In this document: piece after piece, positions 27,687 to 37,399 of the stretch | How the letters are laid out: each line of letters starts with the position of its first letter | Position numbering within the stretch: the stretch's first letter is position 1 | Source of the DNA: Flavobacteriales bacterium | Lineage (GTDB): Bacteria; Bacteroidota; Bacteroidia; Flavobacteriales_F; PHOS-HE28 | Assembly: GCA_019912395.1 (NCBI GenBank) | Contig: JAIOIH010000050.1 | Location: forward strand, 52,651-116,650 | Direction of reading: 5' to 3' | Length of the DNA stretch: 64,000 nt | Notes under the pieces: generated by a model | What the model saw: the letters and a program-made list of their open reading frames with translations, nothing else | Database searches by the model: none | Told to the model about the DNA's origin: nothing | Made by a program: the position numbers and the translations under genes

Positions 27687-28259
27687 ATGATGAACCGCTC
27701 AACAAAAGCCCTACTTCTTCTCGCCGCTCTACCGGCCACGCTCGCATTCACTGCAATGCCAAGTGGCAAATACATCAGCCGCGCTGTACACATCGAATTC
27801 TTCAGCTCCACACCTGCGGAGGACATTCGTGCGAACAACTATACGGGAACCGGGACCATCGATGCAAGCAGCGGTGCCGTTGTCTTCAGCATACCGATGC
27901 AAGGATTCGAATTTGAAAAATCGATGATGCAGAAGCACTTCAATAGTGGCAATTTTCTTGACACAAAGACCTACCCGAAAGCCAAGTTCAAAGGCACGAT
28001 CACCAACCTGGCGGATGTTCATTTTGACAAGGATGGCTCATACCCGACCAAGGTGAAGGGAGAAATGACGATCAAGGACAAAACGAATCCGGTCGAGGCC
28101 ACCGGTACGGTGGTCGTGAAAGATGGCAAGGTGTCCATTGAAAGCAAGTTCCCATTGACACTGGCCGAATACAATGTATCGTTCCAAAAGGGGAAGCCGA
28201 GCACGAACATTGCCAAAACCGTTGATGTGACCGTAAATGCTGAATGCAGCCCGGAATGA
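27687..28259 (+). CDS. YceI family periplasmic protein
   Basis: The ORF spans 27642..28259, with a probable start at ATG 27687 (MMNRSTKALLLLAALPATLAFTA). HIEFFSSTP...FKGTITN... has a YceI-like beta-barrel pattern. Confidence 0.65.
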   Translation: MMNRSTKALLLLAALPATLAFTAMPSGKYISRAVHIEFFSSTPAEDIRANNYTGTGTIDASSGAVVFSIPMQGFEFEKSMMQKHFNSGNFLDTKTYPKAKFKGTITNLADVHFDKDGSYPTKVKGEMTIKDKTNPVEATGTVVVKDGKVSIESKFPLTLAEYNVSFQKGKPSTNIAKTVDVTVNAECSPE

Positions 28260-28843
28260 TCAACGCCACGAGCACTCGCGTACAAAAGCCACTGTTCCGC
28301 AGTGGATCGATCACGATCCGGCAACCGCGAACGGATCACCCATTGATCGCGCATGCGCAGTTGCAGTTCGACGAATTACTCGGACTTGTGGCGCGTATGG
28401 AACAACAGGACTTTACCGCTCCGGTACCTGTCCTGAGCAACGCAAGCATAAGCCAGCACTTGCGTCACATACTGGAGTTCTACATCTGTTTGATGGATGC
28501 CGAAGGGTACACTGTGGATTACGATGCACGCAAACGCGATAAGTCCTTGGAGACCGACCGCGATGCAACGCTCACCAAACTGCGGCAATTACGCACTTGG
28601 ATCGCACAACAAGATCGCGATGTGGCACTTACACTGATCGCGGATCATAGCTACGACGGATCTTCTTGCGAGCGCATGACCACCTCGCTTTTCCGCGAAT
28701 TGGCCTATGCATTCGATCATGCCATCCACCACATGGCATTGCTGCGGATCGGGATCGCTCAACAATACCCCCTGTTGCTCCTTGATCCCAATTTCGGCGT
28801 AGCACCAAGCACCATACGGGACCGGCTGAAATGTGCACGGTAA
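28256..28843 (+). CDS. DinB-superfamily-like protein
   Basis: The ATG at 28256 overlaps the YceI stop as ATGA. His residues (HLRHILEFY, DHAIHHMALL) are spaced like the DinB/YfiT metal triad. Confidence 0.5.
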   Translation: MINATSTRVQKPLFRSGSITIRQPRTDHPLIAHAQLQFDELLGLVARMEQQDFTAPVPVLSNASISQHLRHILEFYICLMDAEGYTVDYDARKRDKSLETDRDATLTKLRQLRTWIAQQDRDVALTLIADHSYDGSSCERMTTSLFRELAYAFDHAIHHMALLRIGIAQQYPLLLLDPNFGVAPSTIRDRLKCAR

Positions 28844-29562
28844 GCTACGCTCCGATCCAAGGCGGTGGCCACGTGGTGACCAGTAACCGGGATGAACGCA
28901 CGGTCCGGGCAGGTGCTCCGGCATCGCAGTGGCGATCTAATGGTGTTGAGCTTTTGGCCCCCAAGGACGCCCTCACCGGCACGTCGTGGATCGCCACTTC
29001 CGCTTTGGGCCGCACCGTATGCCTTTTGAATGGATCGGAGGGCACGATGCGCTTCGCTGATGAGCCTTCCCGAAGTAGAGGAACAGTACTTCTTGAAGTG
29101 GCCACCACCACGCACTTGCAACACCAGCTAAGAACGATCGACCTCTTCGGCGCACATCCATTCACCCTGATCTGCGCCGAACAGGACTCCTTACGCATGC
29201 TGCAATGGAACGGACACACACGTTCATTGAGCGAGCTGGATCATACACGCTCGCACGTTTGGAGCAGCACCACCCTGTATGACCGGAATGTTCGTGAACA
29301 ACGGGCATACCACTTCAACGATATGCTCTCCCGCGTGGTGCATCCGAACCCGGGCGACCTATGGAATTTCCATGCACGACCCCATTTGGATGACGAACGA
29401 CAAGCGGTGATCATGGAACGTGGGAATGACCTTCGCACCGTGAGCATTACACAGGCCATTCTGAACCCGTTCACTAATGCTGTAATGCGCCACCTTGACC
29501 TGTTGCGTGCGCAAGAACATAACGTCGAATTGCTTTTGCTGAACCAACTGATAGACGCATGA
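28831..29562 (+). CDS. NRDE family protein
   Basis: N-terminal MCTVSY (Cys2 nucleophile) and a literal TSNRDE motif. Overlaps the upstream gene by 13 nt. Confidence 0.75.
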   Translation: MCTVSYAPIQGGGHVVTSNRDERTVRAGAPASQWRSNGVELLAPKDALTGTSWIATSALGRTVCLLNGSEGTMRFADEPSRSRGTVLLEVATTTHLQHQLRTIDLFGAHPFTLICAEQDSLRMLQWNGHTRSLSELDHTRSHVWSSTTLYDRNVREQRAYHFNDMLSRVVHPNPGDLWNFHARPHLDDERQAVIMERGNDLRTVSITQAILNPFTNAVMRHLDLLRAQEHNVELLLLNQLIDA

Positions 29563-30221
29563 CCGAACGGGCCGATATCGCGATCGCTCTTGCTTGGCCA
29601 GAGACATCCTGCAAACAAGCCGGGGCTTGGTATGATGCGCCGCTGCGAAAGCTTGGCATCAACAGGAACGGATTCTACCAAGTTGGTCATGCAGCGGTGA
29701 TCTTACTGAAACGCGGCAGTTCGGAAGCATCCTATTTTGATATGGGGCGCTACCATGCACCGGTAGGAACCGCACGTGTCCGTGATCGATCCACGGATCA
29801 TGAACTCAGGATACATGCGCGCGTTGAGTGGACCCCGGATTCCGAATTTCCGGTGGACCTTTATGATCTTCTGCAAGAGGTCGGTTCCCGAAAGGCATGC
29901 CATGGCGATGGTATCATGCATTGGGCCGCGATCCCGGTCGATCACGACCGTGCCGTACGGAAAGCACGGTACATGCAGGGCAAACACTTCATACCCTACG
30001 GCCCTTTTATTCCATGGGGCAGTAATTGTTCGCGTTTCGTCAATACCGTGATACGAGCTGGTCTGCCTGCCCTCCATTACTCCTTCCTGCTTCGATTTCC
30101 CTGGATGCTGTCCCCCACGCCGCTCCACAACGTGCAAGCCATTTCAACCTATGGGCATCGCGGGGTTGTCGCCCCTGATGGGTCGACCGCACTGCAACCA
30201 AGTTTCTGCACCAATGGCTGA
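29559..30221 (+). CDS. hypothetical protein with LRAT/permuted NlpC-P60-like His...NCxxFV motif
   Basis: ATGA overlap with the NRDE gene. VGHAAVILL ... GSNCSRFVNTVIRAG resembles the NCEHFV active-site motif of LRAT/H-REV107 thiol acyltransferases. Recognised by eye only. Confidence 0.45.
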   Translation: MTERADIAIALAWPETSCKQAGAWYDAPLRKLGINRNGFYQVGHAAVILLKRGSSEASYFDMGRYHAPVGTARVRDRSTDHELRIHARVEWTPDSEFPVDLYDLLQEVGSRKACHGDGIMHWAAIPVDHDRAVRKARYMQGKHFIPYGPFIPWGSNCSRFVNTVIRAGLPALHYSFLLRFPWMLSPTPLHNVQAISTYGHRGVVAPDGSTALQPSFCTNG

Positions 30222-30543
30222 CACCCTCGCTTCCCCCATCCGCCCTGACCACCTTCCACCGCAGGCCCAATGGCTCGCTGGAGAGGGCGCGGGATCGTGG
30301 TTCACACTACGGATCGCTCTACGGAACAAGAGCCTTTACTCCATGGTACGCACGGACCCAAAAGGGCACATCGAATGCCAAGGAACATTCATGCAACGCA
30401 AGGACCAAATAAGCTTCAACATCGATCGGCCTTTCGTGATCACCTACCCAAGCCATTGCGCACGCATCACATTGCTCCAAGGTGGCCAAGTGTTCTCCCT
30501 TGTTCCCGTCCCTCCCGAATTAACCCCGAACATCCTCGAATGA
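30214..30543 (+). CDS. hypothetical protein
   Basis: The ORF spans 30151..30543. The ATG at 30214 overlaps the upstream stop by 8 nt (MADTLASPIRPDHLPPQAQWLAGEGAGSWF). No family recognised. Confidence 0.5.
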   Translation: MADTLASPIRPDHLPPQAQWLAGEGAGSWFTLRIALRNKSLYSMVRTDPKGHIECQGTFMQRKDQISFNIDRPFVITYPSHCARITLLQGGQVFSLVPVPPELTPNILE

Positions 30544-31154
30544 ACCACCTTGTTACACTCTTATTGGCCACCTCGTTGGTGATGAACGCTTGCAATGCGC
30601 AAGATCCACCCGAGGCATACTGTGGGGATATGGGCACGTTGAAGGTTGGTGATGAAGCTCCGAAATTCAAGACCGCTGATATCCATGGGAACGTGCTCGA
30701 TCTTGCTGAATTGACGAAGGACAAACAGGTGGTCCTGGTATTCTACCGAGGTGCGTGGTGTCCCTATTGCAACAAGCACATGTCCCACCTGCAGGACAGC
30801 TTGGCATTTATCGAAGCGAAGCATGCCGTGGTCATCGCGGTCTCGCCGGAACTACCGGAAAGCGCGGAAGACATAATCGCAACGAGCGGTGCGACCTTCA
30901 GTGTGGTCCATGACGAAGGGTACTCCATCATGTGCGCGTACGGTACCGCGTTCGAAATGCCGAAAGCACGACGCAGTATGCTCAAACTTGCAGGCCTGAA
31001 CGTGGACAAGGCCAATGGCAATGAAGACGGTGTCCTACCCGTTCCGGCAACGTTCATCATCAGCACTGATGGCCGGATCAAAGCCGTTCATTTCGACCCG
31101 AACTACAAGGAACGCATGTCCGTGAAGGACATTCTGAGCGCCTTGGAAGGATGA
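30540..31154 (+). CDS. thioredoxin-fold redoxin / peroxiredoxin-like lipoprotein
   Basis: The internal ATG at 30540 overlaps the upstream stop as ATGA. MNHLVTLLLATSLVMNAC lipobox. VLVFYRGAWCPYCNKH is a CxxC redoxin motif. Confidence 0.85.
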   Translation: MNHLVTLLLATSLVMNACNAQDPPEAYCGDMGTLKVGDEAPKFKTADIHGNVLDLAELTKDKQVVLVFYRGAWCPYCNKHMSHLQDSLAFIEAKHAVVIAVSPELPESAEDIIATSGATFSVVHDEGYSIMCAYGTAFEMPKARRSMLKLAGLNVDKANGNEDGVLPVPATFIISTDGRIKAVHFDPNYKERMSVKDILSALEG

Positions 31155-33409
31155 GCACCAAAGGGGCGCTCGGACCCACAACGGGCGCATCCCTTGATGC
31201 GAAAAAAGGTAGAGCATGGCATCATGTCCGTGCTGTCCTACTACTCCTCTTCACGATCTGGAGCATTGCCGGCCTCTTCAAGCTGCATTTCGCATATGAC
31301 ATCGATCGGTTCTTTGCGCAGGACGATCCTGCCGTAGCGGAGTACGGGAGATACAAGGCGCTGTTCGGCGACGAGATGGACCTCTTGCTCGTGGGCTTGG
31401 AGATCCCCGAAGGGCTCGACCAGAAGGCCCTTCTACACATTGCCACACTTACCACCGCGTTGGACTCGTTACCGTGCATCAAAAGTGTAAGGTCGCTCAC
31501 GAACTTTAGTGAGGCGTTGAAAATGCCTTTGGGCGACTGGATCAAGGTGCCCCTATTCTCCCCGCCCTATGATGACATCGCAAGGGGCGAAGAACGATTG
31601 CAAAGCAACGAGGCTGTGCGAGGTGTCTTCCTCTCACCCCAGGGAAATGCAGCGGCCCTTGTCGTGGAACTGGACAGCTTGCGAACCAAGCCGGAACGGG
31701 ATCACGCACTTTCAGAGATCCATCGCATCGTGGGATCGGAAGGCCTGCCCTATCACCTTGCCGGTCGCCTGGCCACACAGGCCCATTATCTCCGTGCAAC
31801 GAGCGACCAACTGGGTTGGCTTTCGGCCATGGCCCTTGGCCTGATGGTGATCGTGCTGTTCATCCTTTTTCGTTGCCCGATCACCGCCTTGAGCCCATTG
31901 CTCATCAGCATTGTCGCTCTTATTTGGACATTCGGGCCGTTGGGCTGGATCGGTATCGGGATCGAACCTCTGCTTTCCCTGTTACCTGCACTGTTGCTCG
32001 TATTGAGTTCCGCATTCGGCATTCACATCGTCTCCCGGTTCAGGGACAGGGTAAGCGAAGGCGCCACTAAGCAACAAGCGATGCGCGCTGCACTTGCCGA
32101 GACCCGTAAAGCCAACTTGCTGAGCGCGATCAGTACGGCCATCGGTTTCGGCACATTGGCGTTATACCCCATCGTGCCGTTACAAGTATTCGGCGTAGCT
32201 GCAGCATGGGGGCTTATGGGAGCGCTGATCGCAGCGCGGACAATTCTGCCTTTGCTTACTGAACGGCTCAGTGCGCCTTCCGCAAGAACCCGTGAAGGAT
32301 CATCCAATAGGAGCGCTGCAGGTGTGTTCAGGAGAAGCAGATCGATCATCATCATCTCGTTGGTGGTGGTGGCCGCTGGACTTTTCGCACTACCACACCT
32401 GATGGTGAATAATCATTTCCTTGATGATCTGGACCGAAAGAGCAAGCTCGGGATCGACGCTACTTTCTTCGAGGACAAGTTCAGTGGAACACGCCCGTTG
32501 GAGATCGCTGTTCAACCGACCGATCCCGATGCGGACATGCTGGACATCGAAGTGCTTCTAGCAACTGATTCCCTTGTTACAGCGACCCAACGCCTCTTCG
32601 GGATCGGGCGGCCGCTGTCGTACACGGATGTGGTGCGCGCGACCATGTACGGCCTACATCAAGATCATGATCTCCCTACAACGGAAATGGAACGAAAGCG
32701 GGTGCGTAACGCGCTGAAATACTACGCCGGAACGAACAACGCGGTCAAACTATGGGATCCGCTGATGCACGAAGTAAGGATCACCGGTCGCACGCCTGAC
32801 ATGGGCAGTCATGCATTCCGCGAAAGGACCCAGGAACTGCGTCCATTGATGCGGAACGCAACAATAACCGCGCACATGACCGGAGGAGCATGGCTGATGG
32901 ACCTTGCCAACCAACGCATCTCCACGCTATTGGTAAAGAGCATTCTCATAGCCGTTCTACTGAATGCCTTGTTGGTGGCATGGGCAAAAAGATCATGGCG
33001 CATGGGGTTGATCAGCATCGTACCCAACATCCTTCCGCTGGCGTTCGCGGCACTTATCATGTGGCTGTTCGGGCTCCCGCTCAAAGTGGGTACGGCAATG
33101 ATCTTTCCGATCCTCTATGGAATTGCCTTGGATGATACCATGCACTTCCTTTTGCACATAAAGGAACCAACGCTCCGAAATACGATCCGCACATGGCAGA
33201 TCGTTCGGAGACCACTTCGAAACACCACGATCGTCATTTCCATCGGCTTCGCATTGTTCGCATTCTCCTCTTTTCCGAGCATCGCGATCTTCGGGGCGAT
33301 CACCGCTGCTTCCATGTGGATAGCACTCGCGGGCGATCTTTGGCTATTACCATTGCTGGTCGTCCTAGCAACTCCGTCCGTAGTACGCCCCGCAGTAAAA
33401 CCGCACTGA
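31151..33409 (+). CDS. MMPL/RND-superfamily transporter
   Basis: 752 aa, ATGA overlap with the redoxin gene. Two blocks of about 5-6 TM helices are separated by soluble loops. The overall pattern is MMPL-like. Confidence 0.8.
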   Translation: MSTKGALGPTTGASLDAKKGRAWHHVRAVLLLLFTIWSIAGLFKLHFAYDIDRFFAQDDPAVAEYGRYKALFGDEMDLLLVGLEIPEGLDQKALLHIATLTTALDSLPCIKSVRSLTNFSEALKMPLGDWIKVPLFSPPYDDIARGEERLQSNEAVRGVFLSPQGNAAALVVELDSLRTKPERDHALSEIHRIVGSEGLPYHLAGRLATQAHYLRATSDQLGWLSAMALGLMVIVLFILFRCPITALSPLLISIVALIWTFGPLGWIGIGIEPLLSLLPALLLVLSSAFGIHIVSRFRDRVSEGATKQQAMRAALAETRKANLLSAISTAIGFGTLALYPIVPLQVFGVAAAWGLMGALIAARTILPLLTERLSAPSARTREGSSNRSAAGVFRRSRSIIIISLVVVAAGLFALPHLMVNNHFLDDLDRKSKLGIDATFFEDKFSGTRPLEIAVQPTDPDADMLDIEVLLATDSLVTATQRLFGIGRPLSYTDVVRATMYGLHQDHDLPTTEMERKRVRNALKYYAGTNNAVKLWDPLMHEVRITGRTPDMGSHAFRERTQELRPLMRNATITAHMTGGAWLMDLANQRISTLLVKSILIAVLLNALLVAWAKRSWRMGLISIVPNILPLAFAALIMWLFGLPLKVGTAMIFPILYGIALDDTMHFLLHIKEPTLRNTIRTWQIVRRPLRNTTIVISIGFALFAFSSFPSIAIFGAITAASMWIALAGDLWLLPLLVVLATPSVVRPAVKPH

Positions 33410-33420
33410 ACATACCCCAC

Positions 33421-35025
33421 ATGAAGAAGATCATCGCTTGGAACGAACTGAAGGACAGACAACCCGCACCCGCATTGGTGGCGAACGTGGACCTCGTGGT
33501 GATCCGCGCAGATGACAAGGTCTCCGTGCTCTACGGGCGTTGCCATCATCGCGGTGCGCTCCTGGCGGACGGATACATCGACGGGCACAACCTGATCTGC
33601 GGCGTACACGGCTGGGACTATCGCTACGACACCGGCGTGAGCGAGTACAACAACGATGAGGCCTTGGAGAAATTCACCGCCGATGTGGTGGATGGCTGGG
33701 TGCGCGTGGATGAAGAGGAAGTGGCGGCCTTCGCGAAGAAGAATCCGCAACCCTTCAACCGCGAAGAGTACCTCGGCAATTACGCGGACACGCATCCGGA
33801 GAGCACCGAGCCCTTCAATGGATACATCCAGGACCTCGCCAAGAACGGCCTGCGCAACTTCGGCCACCACGGCCCCTCCGCCGCCATGGGCGTGGACCGC
33901 GACACCTTGCCGAAATGGAGCGACATCCAGTTCCTTCCTGCGCAATTGGCCTCGCGCCCGCTGATGGACGATGACGAGGTGAGCACCAAGGTCACCATCG
34001 GTCCCAACGCCAAAAAGCCGCTGGTGCTGGACATCCCGCTGTTCGTTTCGGACATGAGCTTCGGGGCACTTTCGCGGGAAGCGAAGGTGGCGCTCTCCAA
34101 AGGCGCGGAGCTTTCCGGCACCGGCATCTGCAGCGGTGAAGGCGGCATGCTCCCGGAGGAACAGGCCAACAACTCCAGGTACTTCTACGAGCTCGCATCG
34201 GCACGCTTCGGCTTTTCGTGGGAGAAGGTGAAGCTCGCGCAGGCCTTCCATTTCAAGGGCGGCCAAGGCGCGAAGACCGGCACCGGCGGCCACCTGCCGG
34301 GTGCCAAGGTGAGCACCGAGATCGCCGAGGTGCGCGGCCTGCCTGAAGGCGAGAACGCCATTTCCCCGGCGGCCTTCCCGGACCTGCGCACGCCGGCGGA
34401 CTTCAAGGCCGTGGCCGAGGAAGTGCGCCGCATCACCGGCGGCATTCCCGTGGGCTTCAAGCTCGCCGCCAGCCACATCGAGGCCGACATCGACTTCGCC
34501 CTGGAGGCAGGCGTGGACTACATCATCCTCGACGGTCGCGGCGGCGGCACCGGTTCCGCTCCCACCATCCTGCGCGACAACATCAACGTCCCCACCATCC
34601 CCGCGTTGGCACGTGCCCGCAAACACTTGGACACGATCGGCCGCAGGGACATCACGCTGGTGATCACCGGCGGGCTGCGGCTTCCCGCGGATTTCGCCAA
34701 GGCCATGATGCTCGGCGCCGATGCCGTGGCCATCGCCAACTCAGCCATGCAGGCCATCGGTTGCATCGGCATGCGCGCCTGCGGAAGCAACAATTGCCCC
34801 GTGGGCATTGCGACACAAAAGGAGAGCCTGCGCTCGCGCCTCGTCGTGGATGCTTCCGCGAAACGGCTCAACAACTTCCTCTTCGCAGCGCGCGACCTGA
34901 TGAAGGTGGTGGCCCGGGCCTGCGGACATGATGACGTCGCGAAGTTCAACGCCAACGATCTCTCCACTTTCAACAGCGAAATGCATCGACTGACCGGCAT
35001 TCCTTACGCCGGCAAACAGCTATGA
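33421..35025 (+). CDS. Rieske [2Fe-2S] domain fused to glutamate-synthase-domain-2-like FMN oxidoreductase
   Basis: The ORF spans 33193..35025, with a start at ATG 33421 (MKKIIAWNEL). Rieske motif CHHRG...CGVHGWDY. GltB-like motifs: SGEGGMLPEE, FKGGQGAKTGTGGHLPG, LDGRGGGTGSAP. Confidence 0.88.
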   Translation: MKKIIAWNELKDRQPAPALVANVDLVVIRADDKVSVLYGRCHHRGALLADGYIDGHNLICGVHGWDYRYDTGVSEYNNDEALEKFTADVVDGWVRVDEEEVAAFAKKNPQPFNREEYLGNYADTHPESTEPFNGYIQDLAKNGLRNFGHHGPSAAMGVDRDTLPKWSDIQFLPAQLASRPLMDDDEVSTKVTIGPNAKKPLVLDIPLFVSDMSFGALSREAKVALSKGAELSGTGICSGEGGMLPEEQANNSRYFYELASARFGFSWEKVKLAQAFHFKGGQGAKTGTGGHLPGAKVSTEIAEVRGLPEGENAISPAAFPDLRTPADFKAVAEEVRRITGGIPVGFKLAASHIEADIDFALEAGVDYIILDGRGGGTGSAPTILRDNINVPTIPALARARKHLDTIGRRDITLVITGGLRLPADFAKAMMLGADAVAIANSAMQAIGCIGMRACGSNNCPVGIATQKESLRSRLVVDASAKRLNNFLFAARDLMKVVARACGHDDVAKFNANDLSTFNSEMHRLTGIPYAGKQL

Positions 35026-35810
35026 GCAACAACGAAAAAAGTACCGGACGAGCCCTGCACCGCGCCGCGCAATACATCGCCGCAGCGGGCATTTCCTGCC
35101 TCCAAAAGGAAGCTGACGACAGCCACACCACGCTTACTTGGGATAACTCCAATAGTGCGATGGTGGGCCGCCCCATCCCCGCTGCGAACGGCATCGCCTT
35201 CGCGCTGAACCTGCCCGACTTCGCCTTGGAATGCCGCAGCGCCACCGGTGAAGTGCTGGACACCCTGCCCCTGCAAGGCGCAACGCACGATGATGTGGTC
35301 GGCTGGTTGAAGCGCATGATCGGGCAACAGGGCGGCGACCCGGAACGCTACCGCTTCACCTTCCATTACAAGCTCGATCTGCACGAAGACCGCGGCCCGT
35401 TCCCCGCGCCCGAAAAAGCGGATCTGATGCGGCTCGTCCAGTTGCGAAAAACAGCGCACCAAGCCATGGATGCCGTGCTCGCAGTCTTCTCCGACAAGGA
35501 TCCCGTGCGCATCTGGCCGCACCATTTCGATAGCGGTGCATTGATCACCTTGGCACGTGGGAGTGATGGCGCCGCCACCTCCACCATCGGCATCGGGCTC
35601 GCCATTCCGGACGGTATGGTACCCGCTCACTACCTCTACGTCAGCCCCTGGAAAGCTAACGGTGGCGCAATGCCCAGCAAGCTGCCCGCATTGACCAACG
35701 GGCGCTGGAAGCAGGGCGAATGGAACGGTGCACTGCTGGAAGCGGACGGCCTTCCCGTGGACGCGGCAAGGAGCTTTTTCCAAGAGGCCACGCGCGCGCT
35801 TTCGGCGTAG
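35022..35810 (+). CDS. hypothetical protein
   Basis: 262-aa ORF with ATGA overlap onto the preceding oxidoreductase gene. No family recognised. Confidence 0.6.
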   Translation: MSNNEKSTGRALHRAAQYIAAAGISCLQKEADDSHTTLTWDNSNSAMVGRPIPAANGIAFALNLPDFALECRSATGEVLDTLPLQGATHDDVVGWLKRMIGQQGGDPERYRFTFHYKLDLHEDRGPFPAPEKADLMRLVQLRKTAHQAMDAVLAVFSDKDPVRIWPHHFDSGALITLARGSDGAATSTIGIGLAIPDGMVPAHYLYVSPWKANGGAMPSKLPALTNGRWKQGEWNGALLEADGLPVDAARSFFQEATRALSA

Positions 35811-36108
35811 CGGCGGCTTCTGGCTTTTCGGCCGAGGATGTAATCCCCGTGGTAGGCCGGTCATTTGGCTACCCGGCACATAGGGCGGTGGGAAAGGACA
35901 AGGGCTTGCTTCGTATGGGAGCGACCGGTTGAAGCCCGGTAGGTGAGAGTTCGCTCCCAGCCTCTTCCACAATAGGTTGGATGTGCGATCACTGTTGTCC
36001 GGGGAAAGACCAAGGTGCTGCCGGATCATGCCGTCAACACTGTAGAAATTGAAGTTCAACGAAATGGGACCTTGCTTTTTTGAAAACACAAGATCGCGTT
36101 CGAGTGGG

Positions 36109-36234
36109 ATGCCGGGTCAGGCCCGGCATGACAGCTTTTCTGGAGCGATCTGTTCGGATCCCCGCGCTGGGCGCGGGGATCCGAACAGATCGCTCCTCCC
36201 TCTTTGTCACCCCGGCCCCCGAGCCGGGGTCACA
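36109..36234. repeat. cluster of three GC-rich hairpins including a perfect 26-bp inverted repeat
   Basis: Hairpin 1: atgccggg(36109-16)/cccggcat(36122-29). Hairpin 2: ggagcgatctgttcggatccccgcgc(36142-67), a 3-nt loop, then its exact reverse complement (36171-96). Hairpin 3: 36205-16/36223-34, a 12-bp stem with 1 mismatch. Confidence 0.9.
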
Positions 36235-36505
36235 AACGCCAGCGTCGTCAAATTATCCCGGACACCAGTGGATGTGGGATCAGCATAGTAGGGTTGACTC
36301 GCGAGATCAAGGACCGCGACCGGATACTCGCCTACGGATATGCGCGGTCCCATAGGTTCCGGACGAATACGGATGTTCCACCTTCAAGCATCACGATCCC
36401 AAGGGCAATGATCGGAACAATGGATGCGCTTGCACCAAGAGCTGTTTTGCCCATTGACCTCGGAAATCTTTCCTTTGCACCTGCACCGCAAAACGACCCT
36501 CACCC

Positions 36506-37399
36506 ATGGCCAAGAAAAAAGCACAACCGAAAAAAAAGAACACCGTGCCGGCCGGCATGGGCGTGATGCACGACCTGCAAAAGCTATTGGCCAAGCAGGA
36601 GTTCAGCGGCGAAGCCGACATCAATGCTTTCCTCGAAAAGTTCATGACCGAACCCATCCCGGAGTTTGAGCCGGAAACCGATGCCGACAAGGCGGAAGCA
36701 CTGGCCATGAGCGCCTATTCGCTGACCCGTGCGAAAGGCAGGAAGGTGGTGGAACAGGCCCTGGACCTGGACCCGGAGTGCATGACGGCACTTGAGTACC
36801 TGGGCGACATGGAGGAACACCCTTCCATCGCCGCCGCATTCTACGACCGGGTGACCACGATCGGCGAGGAGCGCTTTTTCCTGGACCCGAAGGACGTGGA
36901 AAAATATACGGGCCGGTGCTGGGGCTTCCACGAGACAAGGCCCTACATGCGCTGCTTGCAAAAACTGGCCGATCGCCTGTACTACACGGGCCGCTTGGAC
37001 AGTTCCCTCGCGATATGGACCCGCATGCTTGATCTGAACCCCATGGACAACCAAGGCGTGCGCTACCCGTTGAGCCTCTTCATGGCCGCCACCAGCCCGG
37101 AGCATTTCCGCGAGATCGACAAGCAGTTCGATGAAGAGGAAAGCACGTTCATGCTGTTCAACCGGACGCTGGCCACCTTCGTTTCCGCAGGCCCCGGCCC
37201 TTCAACCACCAAATTGCTCAAGGAGGCCATGGCGGAAAACCCGCACATCGTGCCCATGCTATTGGCCCCGGAACCACCGGAGGAGATCGCACATAGCTAT
37301 TCCCCGGGCAGCTATGAGGAAGCCCTGGTCTATTGCTATTACGGTTGGGTGGCATGGACCTACGCGGCGGGCGCGAAGGAGTGGTTGCGGAAAGCGTGA
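36506..37399 (+). CDS. hypothetical protein (Lys-rich N-terminus, helical/TPR-like)
   Basis: 297-aa ORF starting MAKKKAQPKKKNTVPAG. Composition suggests helical repeats. No confident family. Confidence 0.6.
   Translation: MAKKKAQPKKKNTVPAGMGVMHDLQKLLAKQEFSGEADINAFLEKFMTEPIPEFEPETDADKAEALAMSAYSLTRAKGRKVVEQALDLDPECMTALEYLGDMEEHPSIAAAFYDRVTTIGEERFFLDPKDVEKYTGRCWGFHETRPYMRCLQKLADRLYYTGRLDSSLAIWTRMLDLNPMDNQGVRYPLSLFMAATSPEHFREIDKQFDEEESTFMLFNRTLATFVSAGPGPSTTKLLKEAMAENPHIVPMLLAPEPPEEIAHSYSPGSYEEALVYCYYGWVAWTYAAGAKEWLRKA

Noticed and set aside
33115-34626. 503-aa ORF on the - strand
   Set aside because: It is antisense to the Rieske-GltS-like gene, which has GGQGAKTGTGGHLPG and other signatures. 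Its composition is a Gly/Ala/Arg/His-rich artefact.
35004-36089. 361-aa ORF on the - strand
   Set aside because: Most of it is antisense to the overlapped hypothetical gene 35022..35810, which is translationally coupled to the upstream oxidoreductase. The rest covers non-coding sequence next to the hairpin cluster. No domain was recognised.
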